Below, piece after piece: positions 36,746 through 48,099 of a stretch of DNA of 64,000 nucleotides. Made by a program: the position numbers and the translations under genes. Below the pieces are notes generated by a model. The model ran no database searches. It was given only the letters and a program-made list of their open reading frames with translations, and had not been told where the DNA came from. The first letter of the stretch is position 1, and every line of letters starts with the position of its first letter. The stretch comes from an uncultured Alphaproteobacteria bacterium (GTDB lineage: Bacteria > Pseudomonadota > Alphaproteobacteria > Methylaequorales > Methylaequoraceae). The stretch covers positions 5,448 through 69,447 of the forward strand of contig CACAXP010000001.1 in the NCBI GenBank assembly GCA_902536485.1. The letters run 5' to 3'.

Positions 36746-38999
36746 TTTTATTTTTATGAGAAATAACTTTGATTGAAAATTTTTCGCTCTTATTATCGTA
36801 ATCAATATAAATAGTACCTGTGGGTTTCTTTGTTTTTAAAAGAATTTCTGATAGTGGTATTTTAAGTTTCTCTTGGATTACACGCGCCATTGGTCTTGCA
36901 CCATTAATTACGTCAAAACCTAGCTCTTGAATTTTATTTTTAGCTGATGCTGTTACATTAAGTGTCAAATCTTTATCGACCAGTTGTGATTCTAATTCCA
37001 TTAAAAACTTTTCAACAATTTTTATCGATTCTTTTTGTCCTAGCTTGTCAAAATTAATTATAGCGTCTAGTCTATTTCTAAATTCTGGACTAAAGAAGCT
37101 GTTAATTTCTTTTTCATTATCGTTAGCAGTAAAGTTTGCTAAAAAGCCAACTTTTTCTTTTATTATTTGATTAGCCCCCACATTGCTCGTCATTATCAAA
37201 ATTACATTTGTAAAATCTATCCTTTTTCCCATATGGTCCGTTAATCTTCCATAATCCATTATTTGAAGTAAAATATTAAAAACATCTGGATGAGCCTTTT
37301 CAACTTCATCAAGTAGGACCACTGAAAATGGCGATTTATCAATAGCATCAGTTAACTGACCACCTTGGTCATAACCGACATATCCTGGAGGGGCTCCTAT
37401 AAGTTTAGAAACGCTATGTCTTTCCATATATTCTGACATATCAAATCTGATAAAGTTAATTTTCATTGTATTAGCGAGTTGTTTTGCAAGTTCAGTTTTT
37501 CCAACGCCAGTTGGGCCTGTAAAAAGAAATGAGCCAATAGTCTTATCCTGATTTCTTAGACCTGTTTTAGATAATTTGATTGCTGATGAAAGAGCTTGAA
37601 CGGCATTATCTTGGCCAAAAATCAAAGTTTTTAAATCTCTTTCCAAGTTGTTTAACTTTATTCTCTCATCAGATTTAATGGTATTCTCTGGAATATTAGC
37701 TATTTTTGAAATAGTTTCTTGAATATCTGAAACACTAACTTTTTTTATTTTCTTTTTAAAATTAATTTTAACAGAAGCCGCACTTTCATCAATTATATCA
37801 ATTGCTTTATCCGGTAACTTCGAATTAAGCAAATATTTTTTTGACAAGTTGACTGCTTCTGAAAAGCAATCATCATCAAATTCAACAGAATGAAATTTTT
37901 CATAAAACTTTTTAACACCTTTAAGAATGTTAATCGAATCCTCAAAAGATGGCTCTTCCACGTCAACTTTTTGGAATCTTCTACATAGTGCTCTGTCTTT
38001 TTCAAAATAATTTCTATATTCAGTATACGTTGTTGAACCTATACACTTAAAGCTACCCTTCGTTAGAGCAGGTTTTAAAATATTAGATGCATCAATTGAA
38101 CCTGAACTTGTACCACCTGCGCCAATAATAGTATGAATTTCATCTATAAATAAAATATTGTCATTTTTTTTTTCAAAAAAGCTCATCAATTTCTTAAGTC
38201 TTTCTTCAAAATCTCCTCTAAACCTGGTTCCTGCTAGAAGCCCTCCCAAATCCAGGGAATATATGGTTGAATTAATGAGGGAATCTGGAACTTCTCTTTT
38301 AAAAATTCTTAGCGCAAGTCCCTCGGCTAATGCAGTTTTCCCTACACCTGGGTCTCCAACAAATATTGGGTTATTTTTATTCCTTCTCGATAAAATATGA
38401 ATAGCCCTAAGTATCTCATTATCTCTCCCAATAATTGGATCAATTTCGTCATTTTCAGCTTTTTTATTTAGATTAACGCAATATTTATCTAAAAAACTTT
38501 GAGAATCTCCATCATTTTTTATAAATGTTTCATCATTATCCTTTTGATCGACATAGGTGAAGTTTTCTTCTTTTTTTTGTCCATGTGATATATAATCGAC
38601 TACATCTAATCTATTAAGACTTTGTTTTTGTAAGAAATACACAGCGTGAGATTCTCTTTCACTAAAAATTGAAACTAAAACATTTGCTGCAGTTGCCTCT
38701 TCTTTACCCGATGATTGGACATGAATTACCGCTCTTTGAATGACCCTCTGAAAACCAAGAGTGGGCTTAACTTCTTCTGAACCTGAATTAACTAAATCTT
38801 TAAGGTTTTCTTTTAAAAAAATATTTAATTCTTTTTTGAGAGCCTCAATATCGACATTGCAAGCATTAAATACTTCCTTGACATCAAAATCATCAATCAT
38901 TGAATAAAGAAGATGCTCTATCGTCATAAATTCATGCTGAAACGACTCTGCACAAACCTTTGCCCTTTGGAGTGTTTTTTCTAATTCATCTGAAATCAT
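36729..38999 (-). CDS. clpA: ATP-dependent Clp protease ATP-binding subunit ClpA
   Basis: Two AAA+ modules (GDPGVGKT, GPTGVGKT) and a ClpA N-domain (HEFMTIEHLL). The start is taken at ATG 38999, TAATG-coupled to clpS. The listed start at 39020 is in-frame further upstream. Confidence 0.9.
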   Translation of the reverse strand: MISDELEKTLQRAKVCAESFQHEFMTIEHLLYSMIDDFDVKEVFNACNVDIEALKKELNIFLKENLKDLVNSGSEEVKPTLGFQRVIQRAVIHVQSSGKEEATAANVLVSIFSERESHAVYFLQKQSLNRLDVVDYISHGQKKEENFTYVDQKDNDETFIKNDGDSQSFLDKYCVNLNKKAENDEIDPIIGRDNEILRAIHILSRRNKNNPIFVGDPGVGKTALAEGLALRIFKREVPDSLINSTIYSLDLGGLLAGTRFRGDFEERLKKLMSFFEKKNDNILFIDEIHTIIGAGGTSSGSIDASNILKPALTKGSFKCIGSTTYTEYRNYFEKDRALCRRFQKVDVEEPSFEDSINILKGVKKFYEKFHSVEFDDDCFSEAVNLSKKYLLNSKLPDKAIDIIDESAASVKINFKKKIKKVSVSDIQETISKIANIPENTIKSDERIKLNNLERDLKTLIFGQDNAVQALSSAIKLSKTGLRNQDKTIGSFLFTGPTGVGKTELAKQLANTMKINFIRFDMSEYMERHSVSKLIGAPPGYVGYDQGGQLTDAIDKSPFSVVLLDEVEKAHPDVFNILLQIMDYGRLTDHMGKRIDFTNVILIMTSNVGANQIIKEKVGFLANFTANDNEKEINSFFSPEFRNRLDAIINFDKLGQKESIKIVEKFLMELESQLVDKDLTLNVTASAKNKIQELGFDVINGARPMARVIQEKLKIPLSEILLKTKKPTGTIYIDYDNKSEKFSIKVISHKNKIKLSS

Positions 39000-39313
39000 T
39001 ATTCTGGCTCCATTATACACTTTAATGGATGTTGATCATGCTTTGCCATCTTTAAGACAGTAAAAACTTTTGTTTCTGCAATGTCTTTTGGAAAAATTCC
39101 GCATACACCAGCACCTTTATTATGAACCATTAACATTATATTCACGGCATCGGATTCCGATTTATTAAATACAGCTCTGAGTAGTTTGACCACATACTCC
39201 ATAGGTGTGTAGTCATCATTTATAAGAATTACTTTGAAAAGTTTTGGTTTTTGAAGTTTTTTTTTTTGTTTAACTAAAACCTGAGAAGATGGGATTTTTA
39301 ACTCGTCACTCAT
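38999..39313 (-). CDS. clpS: Clp adaptor ClpS
   Basis: 104 aa with the conserved ClpS core (YKVILINDDYTPMEYVV...VHNKG). Confidence 0.85.
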   Translation of the reverse strand: MSDELKIPSSQVLVKQKKKLQKPKLFKVILINDDYTPMEYVVKLLRAVFNKSESDAVNIMLMVHNKGAGVCGIFPKDIAETKVFTVLKMAKHDQHPLKCIMEPE

Positions 39314-39356
39314 TATAAAACCTATACTAATAAATTAATTAATATTATTTTTATTT

Positions 39357-40745
39357 TCAAGAAATTATTTTTTCATCAATATCAATATTAAATTCAGATA
39401 ATTCACCTTTTACTGACTTTTTTTGAAACTCAAGGCCATTTTGTGTAAGTGATTCACATCGCAAAACTATAGCAGGTTGAGTGTTAGATGCTCTCAATAA
39501 CCACCAACCATCTTTCTCAGAAACTCTAACGCCATCAATATCAGTAATTTTTTTTTTACTACTTTTTTGTCTTTCAGTAATTTTTCTTACAATGTCGAAT
39601 TTTTTGTTATCATCACAGTCAATTCTAATTTCCGGAGTGTTAAATACTCTTGGTATCTCATCAACTAAATCTGATAGTTTTTTATCATTATTATTAATAA
39701 TTTCTAGTACTTTAACAGCAGCAAAAAAAGCATCATCAAATCCGTAATAATCCTTAGCAAAGAAAATATGTCCACTCATCTCTCCAGCTAAATCTGCATT
39801 TAATTTTTTTAAATTATTTTTAACGTGACTGTGACCGGTTTTACTCATAAAGATCTCGCCCCCCAACTTTTCGACCTCATCAAATAAAACTTGGCTACAT
39901 TTAACATCAGCTATTATTTTACATTTTGTTGATTTCAACATTTCTTTTGCCAAAAGAAGTAATAATTTATCTCCAGAAATAGCTCTTCCCTTGTCATCAA
40001 TAACCCCAAGCCGATCACCATCTCCATCAAACGCGAATCCCACATTATATTTTAAATCAAGAAGCCTATTTTTACAAAAAACGAGATTTTTTGGTTCTGA
40101 TGGATCAGGATGATGATTTGGAAAAGTTCCATCAATTTCGCTAAAAAGTAATTCATACTTTCCATCAATATTTTCAGCTAGAGCTTTCATTACGTCTCCT
40201 GCCGCCCCATTTCCAGAATCCCATATTATGTTAATTTTTTTTTTTTGATTAAAATTTTTTATTAATCTTTTTACATACTTATCCATTAGACTAAAATTTT
40301 TGATTAAACCATTCATTTTTTTTAAAGTAAATCTTTCGGCTTTTTTACTGAGTTTGTTAAGGTTTGATCCAAAAAATGGTTTATCATTTAAAACTATTTT
40401 AAAGCCATTATGATTTTTTGGGTTATGAGAGCCTGTTACTACAATGCCCCCATCAGCAACTAACTCAAAACAAGAATAATATAATAGAGGTGTTGGAACC
40501 AACCCAATGTCATTAACGTTGACACCTGAATCGATTAGTCCTTTAACTAATTTTTTTTTTAGCCTAACAGAAGAAAGTCTTCCGTCATATCCGACATTAA
40601 CAGTTTTATTTTTTCCTACCTCTAATCCAAATAAATTTCCTAATATTTCAGCATCGTTGTCAAATAAAGTTTCATTGTAAATCCCTCTTATATCATACTC
40701 TCTGATGATTGTATTATGAAATGAATGAGATTTTTGCTTAGTCAA
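39357..40745 (-). CDS. Phosphomannomutase / phosphoglucomutase (alpha-D-phosphohexomutase family)
   Basis: Active-site TGSHNPKNHNGFK and the Mg-binding FDGDGDR motif. Confidence 0.85.
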   Translation of the reverse strand: MTKQKSHSFHNTIIREYDIRGIYNETLFDNDAEILGNLFGLEVGKNKTVNVGYDGRLSSVRLKKKLVKGLIDSGVNVNDIGLVPTPLLYYSCFELVADGGIVVTGSHNPKNHNGFKIVLNDKPFFGSNLNKLSKKAERFTLKKMNGLIKNFSLMDKYVKRLIKNFNQKKKINIIWDSGNGAAGDVMKALAENIDGKYELLFSEIDGTFPNHHPDPSEPKNLVFCKNRLLDLKYNVGFAFDGDGDRLGVIDDKGRAISGDKLLLLLAKEMLKSTKCKIIADVKCSQVLFDEVEKLGGEIFMSKTGHSHVKNNLKKLNADLAGEMSGHIFFAKDYYGFDDAFFAAVKVLEIINNNDKKLSDLVDEIPRVFNTPEIRIDCDDNKKFDIVRKITERQKSSKKKITDIDGVRVSEKDGWWLLRASNTQPAIVLRCESLTQNGLEFQKKSVKGELSEFNIDIDEKIIS

Positions 40746-42057
40746 AATTTCTACCTAGCGAATAGTATTTGAAACCCATATTTTTAATTTCCTTTGGATT
40801 ATAAATATTCCTTAAATCAATAATTATTGGTTGATTAAGCAACTTTTTAAGTTTTTTTAAATCTAAAGCCCTAAATTGATTCCATTCTGTAAGAATTACC
40901 AAAGCATCAGCTTTATTACATGCATCGTATGAGTCATTACACCACTCAATTTTTTTATGAAATTTTTTAAAAATAGTTTTTGCTTCTTTCATGCCCTCAG
41001 GGTCAAAAAGCTTTAAAAAACAATTTTTTTTAATGAGTTCTGGTATAAGATCTAGACTTGGACTATCCCTCATATCATCAGTATTTGGTTTAAAAGTAAG
41101 ACCAAGAATTGAAATTTTTTTTTTTTCATAATCACCTAAAGCATTTAGTATTCTTTTATACATATTTTTTTTTCTATTTTTATTACTTTTCACAACATGC
41201 TCAACTAATTTTAATGGTGAACTATTGTCTTGAGCAGTTTTGACTAATGCCAAAGTATCTTTAGGAAAACATGATCCCCCATAACCAGGTCCTGGGTGAA
41301 GAAACTTTTTGCCAATTCTTCCGTCTAAACCAATACCTATTGAGACATCACTAACATTAGCTCCAACTTTTTCGCATAGATCAGAAATTTCATTAATAAA
41401 TGTTATTTTGGTGGCGAGAAATGAATTTGCTGCATATTTAATTAGTTCGGCTGTTTCTCTTCTCGTAAAAATAATTGGTGTTTCTAGAAGATATAGCGGT
41501 CTATAGAGTTCTTTTAAAATAGCTTTAGCTTTTTTACTTTCACATCCAATTACAACTCTATCAGGTCTCATAAAATCATTGATTGCTGAACCTTCTCTTA
41601 AAAACTCTGGGTTAGATGCAACATCAAAGTCAAGCTTAGGCTTTTTATTTTTTATTATTTCATGGACTTTTTTACCTGTACCTATTGGAACAGTTGATTT
41701 ATTAACAATTACTGAATAATGACTTAAACATTCGGCTATTTCTTCTGCCACTGCATAAACGTAACTTAAATCAGCATGGCCATCAATATATCTGGAAGGC
41801 GTTCCTACCGCAATAAATATGGCGTCAGATCCATCAATAGATTTTTTTAGATTGGTTTCAAAAAACAACCTTTTAGAAGACATATTCTTTTTTACAAGTT
41901 CATCAAGGCCAGGTTCAAAAATTGGAATAATGCCTTTTTTGAGATTATCAATCTTATTTTTATCTTTATCGACGCAGGTTACATTAACTCCAAACTCAGC
42001 AAAACAAGTTCCCGAAACGAGACCAACATAACCCGTACCTACAATAGTAATCTTCAT
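40738..42057 (-). CDS. ugd: UDP-glucose 6-dehydrogenase
   Basis: N-terminal GTGYVGLVSG Rossmann motif and catalytic GGSCFPKD. Confidence 0.85.
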   Translation of the reverse strand: MKITIVGTGYVGLVSGTCFAEFGVNVTCVDKDKNKIDNLKKGIIPIFEPGLDELVKKNMSSKRLFFETNLKKSIDGSDAIFIAVGTPSRYIDGHADLSYVYAVAEEIAECLSHYSVIVNKSTVPIGTGKKVHEIIKNKKPKLDFDVASNPEFLREGSAINDFMRPDRVVIGCESKKAKAILKELYRPLYLLETPIIFTRRETAELIKYAANSFLATKITFINEISDLCEKVGANVSDVSIGIGLDGRIGKKFLHPGPGYGGSCFPKDTLALVKTAQDNSSPLKLVEHVVKSNKNRKKNMYKRILNALGDYEKKKISILGLTFKPNTDDMRDSPSLDLIPELIKKNCFLKLFDPEGMKEAKTIFKKFHKKIEWCNDSYDACNKADALVILTEWNQFRALDLKKLKKLLNQPIIIDLRNIYNPKEIKNMGFKYYSLGRNFD

Positions 42058-42923
42058 AATTTTTTAATAATTTTTCTCAAGTTGCTATTAATTTCTTTGT
42101 CATTGATTCCAAAGTTAATGTTTGCTTCAATAAAACCTAATTTATTTCCACAATCAAATCTTTTACCATTAAATTCTGTTCCGTATAGACCAGGTGAATC
42201 AATCAGAGAAACCAAACTATCTGTTAATTGAATTTCATTTCCAAATCCTTTTTTTCCAAGTTTTAGAAATTGAAAAATTTTTGAGTTAAGTATATATCTT
42301 CCAACAATTGACAGATTTGAAGGTGCTTGACTTTTTTTTGGTTTTTCAATCACAGCTGATACGGTGAAAAAATTTTTACTTTTTTTTTTATATTCAATTA
42401 CCCCGTAGTTTGAAACTTTATTAATCGGTACCTTTTCCAGACCAATAACAGACCCCCCATTTGTTTTTTCATATATTTCAATTAATTGCTTTATAGCAGG
42501 TGTTTTTGACATAATTAGATCATCAGGAAGAATAACTGCAAAGCTTTGATTTTTATCAAAAAAATTACTAGCACAACAAACAGCATGACCAAGTCCCTTT
42601 GGTTCGTCTTGAATTACAAGAGAGAATTTGCCGAGTCTGTTTTGTGATTCAATCAGCTTAATTTTATCTAATTTATTTTTTTTTTTTAAGTTAAACTCCA
42701 ATAATTCTGATTTTTCAAAATGTTCAAGGACTATATTTTTTCTTGAAGATGTTACGAATATCATTTCATCTATTCCAGATTTTGCAGCTTCAATCACAGC
42801 CCATTCAATTATTGGTCTATCAAGAATTGTTAACATTTCTTTGGGCACTGATTTTGTTGCAGGTAAAAATCTTGTACCAAGCCCAGCAATTGGAAATATT
42901 GCTTTTGAAATTTTATGATTCAT
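42054..42923 (-). CDS. galU: UTP--glucose-1-phosphate uridylyltransferase GalU
   Basis: AIFPIAGLGTRFLPATKSVPKEML signature. I prefer the ATG at 42923 over the listed TTG at 42959. Confidence 0.85.
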   Translation of the reverse strand: MNHKISKAIFPIAGLGTRFLPATKSVPKEMLTILDRPIIEWAVIEAAKSGIDEMIFVTSSRKNIVLEHFEKSELLEFNLKKKNKLDKIKLIESQNRLGKFSLVIQDEPKGLGHAVCCASNFFDKNQSFAVILPDDLIMSKTPAIKQLIEIYEKTNGGSVIGLEKVPINKVSNYGVIEYKKKSKNFFTVSAVIEKPKKSQAPSNLSIVGRYILNSKIFQFLKLGKKGFGNEIQLTDSLVSLIDSPGLYGTEFNGKRFDCGNKLGFIEANINFGINDKEINSNLRKIIKKL

Positions 42924-42955
42924 TATTAATGAAGTTACTAAAAAAACAGAAAATC

Positions 42956-43402
42956 TCAACCTAAAAGAATATCTCTAGCTTTATTTAATTTTTTTGTAAT
43001 CCAATCCGACCCGCCGATATCGGGATGGTTTTTTTTAATTAACTTTTGGTGATTCTTTATAATATCTTCCTTTGATGCTCCCTCATTTAACCCAAGGATT
43101 TCTAAAGCCTCTTTTTTTGTCATATTTTCTTTTTTAAAATGTTGATTTTTATTTCTTAAAAAAACCTTAGCAATAAAGTTTATAAAATTACCCCATCTAA
43201 AGAGTATTAAAAATATTGCAGGAATAGATGTTATTACAGCAGGAAAGAATCTCATTAAAAATAAAACAATACAAATAATTATAATAAGAAAAAGAAATTT
43301 TAAATATTTTTTAAATTTTTTTTTAGGTAGATGAATTAATTCAGTAACTATATAAATTAATATAGTTAACATGACTATTGCAGCAACAAGATAAAAAACC
43401 AT
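42956..43402 (-). CDS. Small inner-membrane J-domain protein (DjlA-like): three predicted TM helices plus a C-terminal DnaJ domain
   Basis: The C-terminal KEALEILGLNEGASKEDIIKNHQKLIKKNHPDIGGS carries the HPD J-domain motif. The N-terminal 90 aa are hydrophobic. Confidence 0.55.
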   Translation of the reverse strand: MVFYLVAAIVMLTILIYIVTELIHLPKKKFKKYLKFLFLIIIICIVLFLMRFFPAVITSIPAIFLILFRWGNFINFIAKVFLRNKNQHFKKENMTKKEALEILGLNEGASKEDIIKNHQKLIKKNHPDIGGSDWITKKLNKARDILLG

Positions 43403-43414
43403 AATTTATTCCTT

Positions 43415-44536
43415 ATGAAAAAATATAAACTTTTATATTTTGTAAGTGAAGATGAATATTTTTTGTCTCATAAAATTTTTCAAGCAAAAGATGCTTTAAA
43501 AAATAAAATTGATGTAATGGTGGTTTGTAATTTTACAAAGTACGAAAATAAAATTAAATCTGAAGGCTTCAAAACACAAAACATTAACTTTGATCGTGGA
43601 TCTATTAACCCACTTACAAATCTAAATTGCTTGATACAGTTATTAAAAATTATTCATACTTTCAAACCAAATATAATCCAGTGTTTTGCTTTAAAACCAA
43701 TTTTGTTAACTTCAATAGCAGCTTTTTTTAACAAAAAAATTAAGGTATTGTGTTGTGTTGTTGGTGTGGGATCCCTAGTTATAAATAATAATTTTTTTTC
43801 TAATATTATTAGAGGCTTTTACTTTTTTTTATTAAGAATATTCACTATGAATAATATCTCCTATGTTTTTCAAAATTTAGACGACGCAGAACTTTTTAAA
43901 AAAAAAGGAGTCATTACAAATAAAAATGTAAAAATAATTAAAGGATCAGGAGTTGATACAAATTTTTTTAAAAAGGGTAATAATAAAAAAATATATGACT
44001 TAATATTTCATTCAAGAATCTTAAAAGACAAAGGAATAATAGAAATTATTGATGCGTTAAAGAAACTTAAGAAAAAAAAAATTATTTTAAGTACCCTAAT
44101 ACTGGGAAATCCTGATCCAAAAAATTTTTCATCCATTAGTGTTGAAAAATTAAACAGTTGGAATGACAGTAAGATAATAGTTTGGAAGCCTAGAGTAGCA
44201 AATGTTCTGCCATATTTACAAAAATCAAAAATAGCAATTTTACCTTCATATCGAGAAGGGCTTCCCAGAAGTCTATTAGAGGCAGCAAGTTGTGAATTAC
44301 CTTTAATTTCAACCAACGTTCCTGGTTGTAAAGAAATTTGCTTGGATAAATTTAATGGTTTTCTTGTTAACCCCAAAGACGCAAAATCATTAGCAAAAGC
44401 TATTAAAAAGCTGGTTTTTAATCAGAGATTAATAGACAGGTTTGGTAAGAACGGAAGAGCTCATATTATAAAAAATTTTGCAAACGAATTTGTAAGTAAA
44501 AAATTTAGTGAGGTTTATCAATCTTTACTAAAATAA
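43415..44536 (+). CDS. Glycosyltransferase family 4 (GT-B, group 1)
   Basis: C-terminal [20 protein letters not shown] is the GT4 signature. Confidence 0.75.
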   Translation: MKKYKLLYFVSEDEYFLSHKIFQAKDALKNKIDVMVVCNFTKYENKIKSEGFKTQNINFDRGSINPLTNLNCLIQLLKIIHTFKPNIIQCFALKPILLTSIAAFFNKKIKVLCCVVGVGSLVINNNFFSNIIRGFYFFLLRIFTMNNISYVFQNLDDAELFKKKGVITNKNVKIIKGSGVDTNFFKKGNNKKIYDLIFHSRILKDKGIIEIIDALKKLKKKKIILSTLILGNPDPKNFSSISVEKLNSWNDSKIIVWKPRVANVLPYLQKSKIAILPSYREGLPRSLLEAASCELPLISTNVPGCKEICLDKFNGFLVNPKDAKSLAKAIKKLVFNQRLIDRFGKNGRAHIIKNFANEFVSKKFSEVYQSLLK

Positions 44537-46210
44537 ACCTTTAATGTTACCATCACTACCTATACATACCTCGTAAGCTGAGGGTTTTTTAGGTAATCCA
44601 GGCATAGTCATTATGTCACCGGCAATAGCTACAATAAACTCAGCGCCTGCTGAGAGCCTTATTTCTCTGATTTGAATGTTGTGTCCTGTAGGTGCGCATT
44701 TATTAGACGGATCTGTACTGAAGCTATATTGGGTTTTTGCCATACAAACCGGAAATTTATTATAGCCAAGTTCAGAAATTTCTTTTAACTTTTTTTTAGC
44801 TTGAGGTGAAAATGAAACGTCTGAGGCTCTGTAAATCTCGACAGCAACTTTTTTAATTTTCTCTTCGGGAGATTCATTATCATTGTATAAGAATTTTAGA
44901 GATGATTTTTTACTTTCAATATTTTCAATTACAGTCTCAGCTAATTTTGAAGCACCTTTTCCTCCATCAGCCCAATGTTCCGCAAGAATAGCGTTAACAC
45001 CATTCTCACTACAAACTTGTTGAACCTTATCTATTTCCTTTTCCGAATCAGTGGGAAACCTATTTATTGCAACAACACTAGATAATCCAAATTTATTTAA
45101 ATTTTCTAAATGCCTCAATAAATTAGGTAAACCTGATTCTAATGCTGACAAATTTTCTTCACCAAGGTTCTTTGGATCAGCATTTCCGTGAAGTTTTAAA
45201 GCCCGGACTGTAGCCACAACAACAGCACAAGAAGGAGACAGACCGGCTTTTCTACATTTAATATTTAAAAATTTCTCCGCACCTAAATCTGCTCCAAAAC
45301 CAGCTTCTGTGACAACATAATCTGAGAGCTTTAGTGCAGTTTTAGTTGCAATCACTGTATTACAACCATGAGCAATATTGGCGAAAGGTCCTCCATGAAT
45401 AAATGCGGGGTTGTTTTCAAGAGTTTGAACTAGATTAGGCTGAAGTGCATCTTTTAAAAGTACAGACATGGCACCGTCAGCTTTTATATCCTTGCAATAA
45501 ATTGGTTCAAGATCTCTGGTGTAACCAATAATAATTTTTCCAAGTCTATTAGTTAAATCTTCAAAATTTTTTGATAGACACAAAATAGCCATTATTTCAG
45601 AGGCAACGGTTATGTCAAAACCATCCTCTCTAGGATAACCATTCGGAACCCCACCGAGAGAATTAACAATTGATCGAAGAGCTCTGTCGTTCATATCTAC
45701 TACTCTTCTCCATGTTATTCTTCTAGGGTCAATTTTTGGTTCAAGGTTCCAATAGACATGATTATCTACCATTGCAGATAAAAGCATATGGGCAGAGGTA
45801 ATAGCATGAAAATCGCCAGTAAAGTGAAGGTTAATATCCTCCATTGGAACAACCTGAGCATACCCCCCTCCTGCGGCACCACCTTTCATACCAAAACATG
45901 GTCCGAGACTTGGTTCTCTCAACGCAACCATTGATTTCTTTCCAATGTAATTTAAGCCATCGTTCAATCCTACGGAGGTTGTTGTTTTTCCCTCACCAGC
46001 TGTAGTTGGCGTCATGGCTGTTACAAGAATTAATTTACCGTTTTTTTCTTTTTCAACTTTATTTAAAAAATTAGAACTAATTTTTGCTTTATAATGACCG
46101 TAAGGAATTAAATCTTGATCACTAATTGACAGTTTTTCTTTGGCCAAATCAATTATTGGTTTTTTATCAGCCTCTCTAGCTATTTCTAAATCTGTTTTAT
46201 AATCAGCCAT
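44528..46210 (-). CDS. fhs: Formate--tetrahydrofolate ligase
   Basis: Full-length FTHFS with the nucleotide-binding [11 protein letters not shown] motif. Confidence 0.9.
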   Translation of the reverse strand: MADYKTDLEIAREADKKPIIDLAKEKLSISDQDLIPYGHYKAKISSNFLNKVEKEKNGKLILVTAMTPTTAGEGKTTTSVGLNDGLNYIGKKSMVALREPSLGPCFGMKGGAAGGGYAQVVPMEDINLHFTGDFHAITSAHMLLSAMVDNHVYWNLEPKIDPRRITWRRVVDMNDRALRSIVNSLGGVPNGYPREDGFDITVASEIMAILCLSKNFEDLTNRLGKIIIGYTRDLEPIYCKDIKADGAMSVLLKDALQPNLVQTLENNPAFIHGGPFANIAHGCNTVIATKTALKLSDYVVTEAGFGADLGAEKFLNIKCRKAGLSPSCAVVVATVRALKLHGNADPKNLGEENLSALESGLPNLLRHLENLNKFGLSSVVAINRFPTDSEKEIDKVQQVCSENGVNAILAEHWADGGKGASKLAETVIENIESKKSSLKFLYNDNESPEEKIKKVAVEIYRASDVSFSPQAKKKLKEISELGYNKFPVCMAKTQYSFSTDPSNKCAPTGHNIQIREIRLSAGAEFIVAIAGDIMTMPGLPKKPSAYEVCIGSDGNIKGLF

Positions 46211-46215
46211 AAGTG

Positions 46216-46617
46216 CTACCTTAATGTATTTAATTGTAATGATCTACATTTTTTTAAATTCAAGGAATCAATTAATTCTTCTTTTATTGAAATTTCCATA
46301 AGAAATTTATTTTGAATTTGATAAGCTTCTTTTTCCTTAAATGCATCTCCTAAATTTGACTCACTTAGATACTGCAATGCATGAATTATCTCGTGAAGTA
46401 AAATTGATTTATTACATATATTTTCAAAATCCAATTCTGAAATTAATATACCAACATCGGGCTTAAAAAAAGCAATAACTGGGCATTTTCCTCCACATGC
46501 TAAAGATTGAAGTTCGCTTTTCGATAGCTCAATAACCGCAAAATTAAAAACACTTGCATCATAATGCGTGTTGACTGAAATCCATTCTAAAAGAAATGAG
46601 ATTATGTTGGAAAGCAT
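46216..46617 (-). CDS. Hypothetical 133-aa protein with HExxH (HEIIH) motif
   Basis: Single HEIIHALQY zincin-like motif. No family recognised. It lies 5 bp downstream of fhs. Confidence 0.35.
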   Translation of the reverse strand: MLSNIISFLLEWISVNTHYDASVFNFAVIELSKSELQSLACGGKCPVIAFFKPDVGILISELDFENICNKSILLHEIIHALQYLSESNLGDAFKEKEAYQIQNKFLMEISIKEELIDSLNLKKCRSLQLNTLR

Positions 46618-46674
46618 AAAAAATTATTTTTAGTTTTTTAAGAATTATTCTATATAATTATTGTTAAATTCCCT

Positions 46675-47337
46675 ATGACAAATATTGAAAAAAAAATCTC
46701 AAGTGAAACAGCAAACATTCTTCTTAAAAAAAAATGTATAGAATTTAGTTTCAAAAGAAAATTTCAATTAACCTCTGGACGAAAAAGCATTGTATATTGT
46801 GATTGTAGAAAAATTATTTCATATACAAATGAACGTGACAAGTTAATTAATTTTGCTTTAAAAAAAATTAAATTAGATAAAACACTTAATTCACTCACAA
46901 ATATTGCCGGAGGTGAATCAGCTGGCATCCCATATGCTTCATTATTAGCTCAGAAATTAAAATTACCCTTGTCTTATATAAGAAAAGAAAAAAAAAAATT
47001 TGGCAAAAAATCACAAATTGAAGGAGATATTAAATATAATGATAAAGTTTTACTTGTTGAAGATTTAATAACAGATGGAAGCAGTAAATATAATTTTATT
47101 GACGCTGTTGAAAAAGTTGGGGGTCGAATCAAAGCAATTTTTGTAATTTTTAACTATGGAATCAACAAGGAGTTTTTAGAATATAACGGAGAGAAAATAA
47201 AAATAATTTCCCTAGCTAAATGGGAGGATATTCTGAATATATTAAAATTAAAAAAAAAATTTCCACAAAAAAAAATTAAATTAATTGTAAATTTTTTAAA
47301 TTCAATGGGAATTAAAAATTTGAAATCTTTCCTCTAA
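46675..47337 (+). CDS. pyrE: Orotate phosphoribosyltransferase
   Basis: PRPP-binding VLLVEDLITDGSS and type I PRTase N-terminal features. Confidence 0.75.
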   Translation: MTNIEKKISSETANILLKKKCIEFSFKRKFQLTSGRKSIVYCDCRKIISYTNERDKLINFALKKIKLDKTLNSLTNIAGGESAGIPYASLLAQKLKLPLSYIRKEKKKFGKKSQIEGDIKYNDKVLLVEDLITDGSSKYNFIDAVEKVGGRIKAIFVIFNYGINKEFLEYNGEKIKIISLAKWEDILNILKLKKKFPQKKIKLIVNFLNSMGIKNLKSFL

Positions 47338-48091
47338 ACGGAGTGCTTCTGACTGCTTTTTTTGATTTCTCAATCGATCCTGATAAGTAACTCAACCTGC
47401 CACTTTTTACAGAAAGATTCATTGCAGTAGCCATTTGAACAGGATCAAAAGATCTTGCAACTGAAGAATTTAATAAAACTCCGTCAAAACCCAACTCCAT
47501 TACTTTACAAGCGTGACTGGGAGTACCAATACCTGCATCTACAATAATTACACCTTTACAAATACTCCTTATAATCTCAAGATTATGTTCATTTCTAATC
47601 CCTAGGCCAGAGCCAATAGGAGAAATTAAAGGCATAACTGCTGTACAACCTAATTCTTCTAGTCTCTTGCACAAAATTGGATCATCAGAACAATAAGCAA
47701 ATATTTTAAATTTTTTTTTAACCAATTCCTCACAAGTGGCAAACAATTCTAGGGGGTCGGGTAAAAGCATTTCATTTTCACTTATTAACTCTAATTTTAT
47801 CCATTCAGTTTTAAGTGATTCCCTAGAAAGTTCTGCTGTCAAAATTGCCTCTTTTTTTGTAAAACATCCGGCTGTGTTAGGTAAAAAAGTATATTTATTT
47901 TTGATTCCCTTAAGGAAAAACTTTTCTCCCTCTTTATTAAAACGCCTCATTGAAACTGTAATAATTTCTGTATCAGAGGCTTCCAATGACTTGTTCAAAG
48001 CTTCAAGATTGGGGTAAAGTGACGTTCCCATAATGAGTCGTGACGCAAATTTTTTCCCGTCAATAATTAGTTCATCTTTTTTTTTAGACAT
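47312..48091 (-). CDS. thiG: Thiazole synthase ThiG
   Basis: N-terminal LIIDGKKFASRLIMGT and a TIM-barrel ThiG body. Confidence 0.9.
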   Translation of the reverse strand: MSKKKDELIIDGKKFASRLIMGTSLYPNLEALNKSLEASDTEIITVSMRRFNKEGEKFFLKGIKNKYTFLPNTAGCFTKKEAILTAELSRESLKTEWIKLELISENEMLLPDPLELFATCEELVKKKFKIFAYCSDDPILCKRLEELGCTAVMPLISPIGSGLGIRNEHNLEIIRSICKGVIIVDAGIGTPSHACKVMELGFDGVLLNSSVARSFDPVQMATAMNLSVKSGRLSYLSGSIEKSKKAVRSTPFRGKISNF

Positions 48092-48099
48092 AATCCAAG

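Noticed and set aside
42924-42959. Listed TTG start (42959) for galU, giving the hydrophobic N-terminus MRFSVFLVTSLI
   Set aside because: The ATG at 42923 gives the canonical GalU N-terminus (MNHKISKAIFPIAGLGTRF). The TTG version would overlap the upstream J-protein gene.
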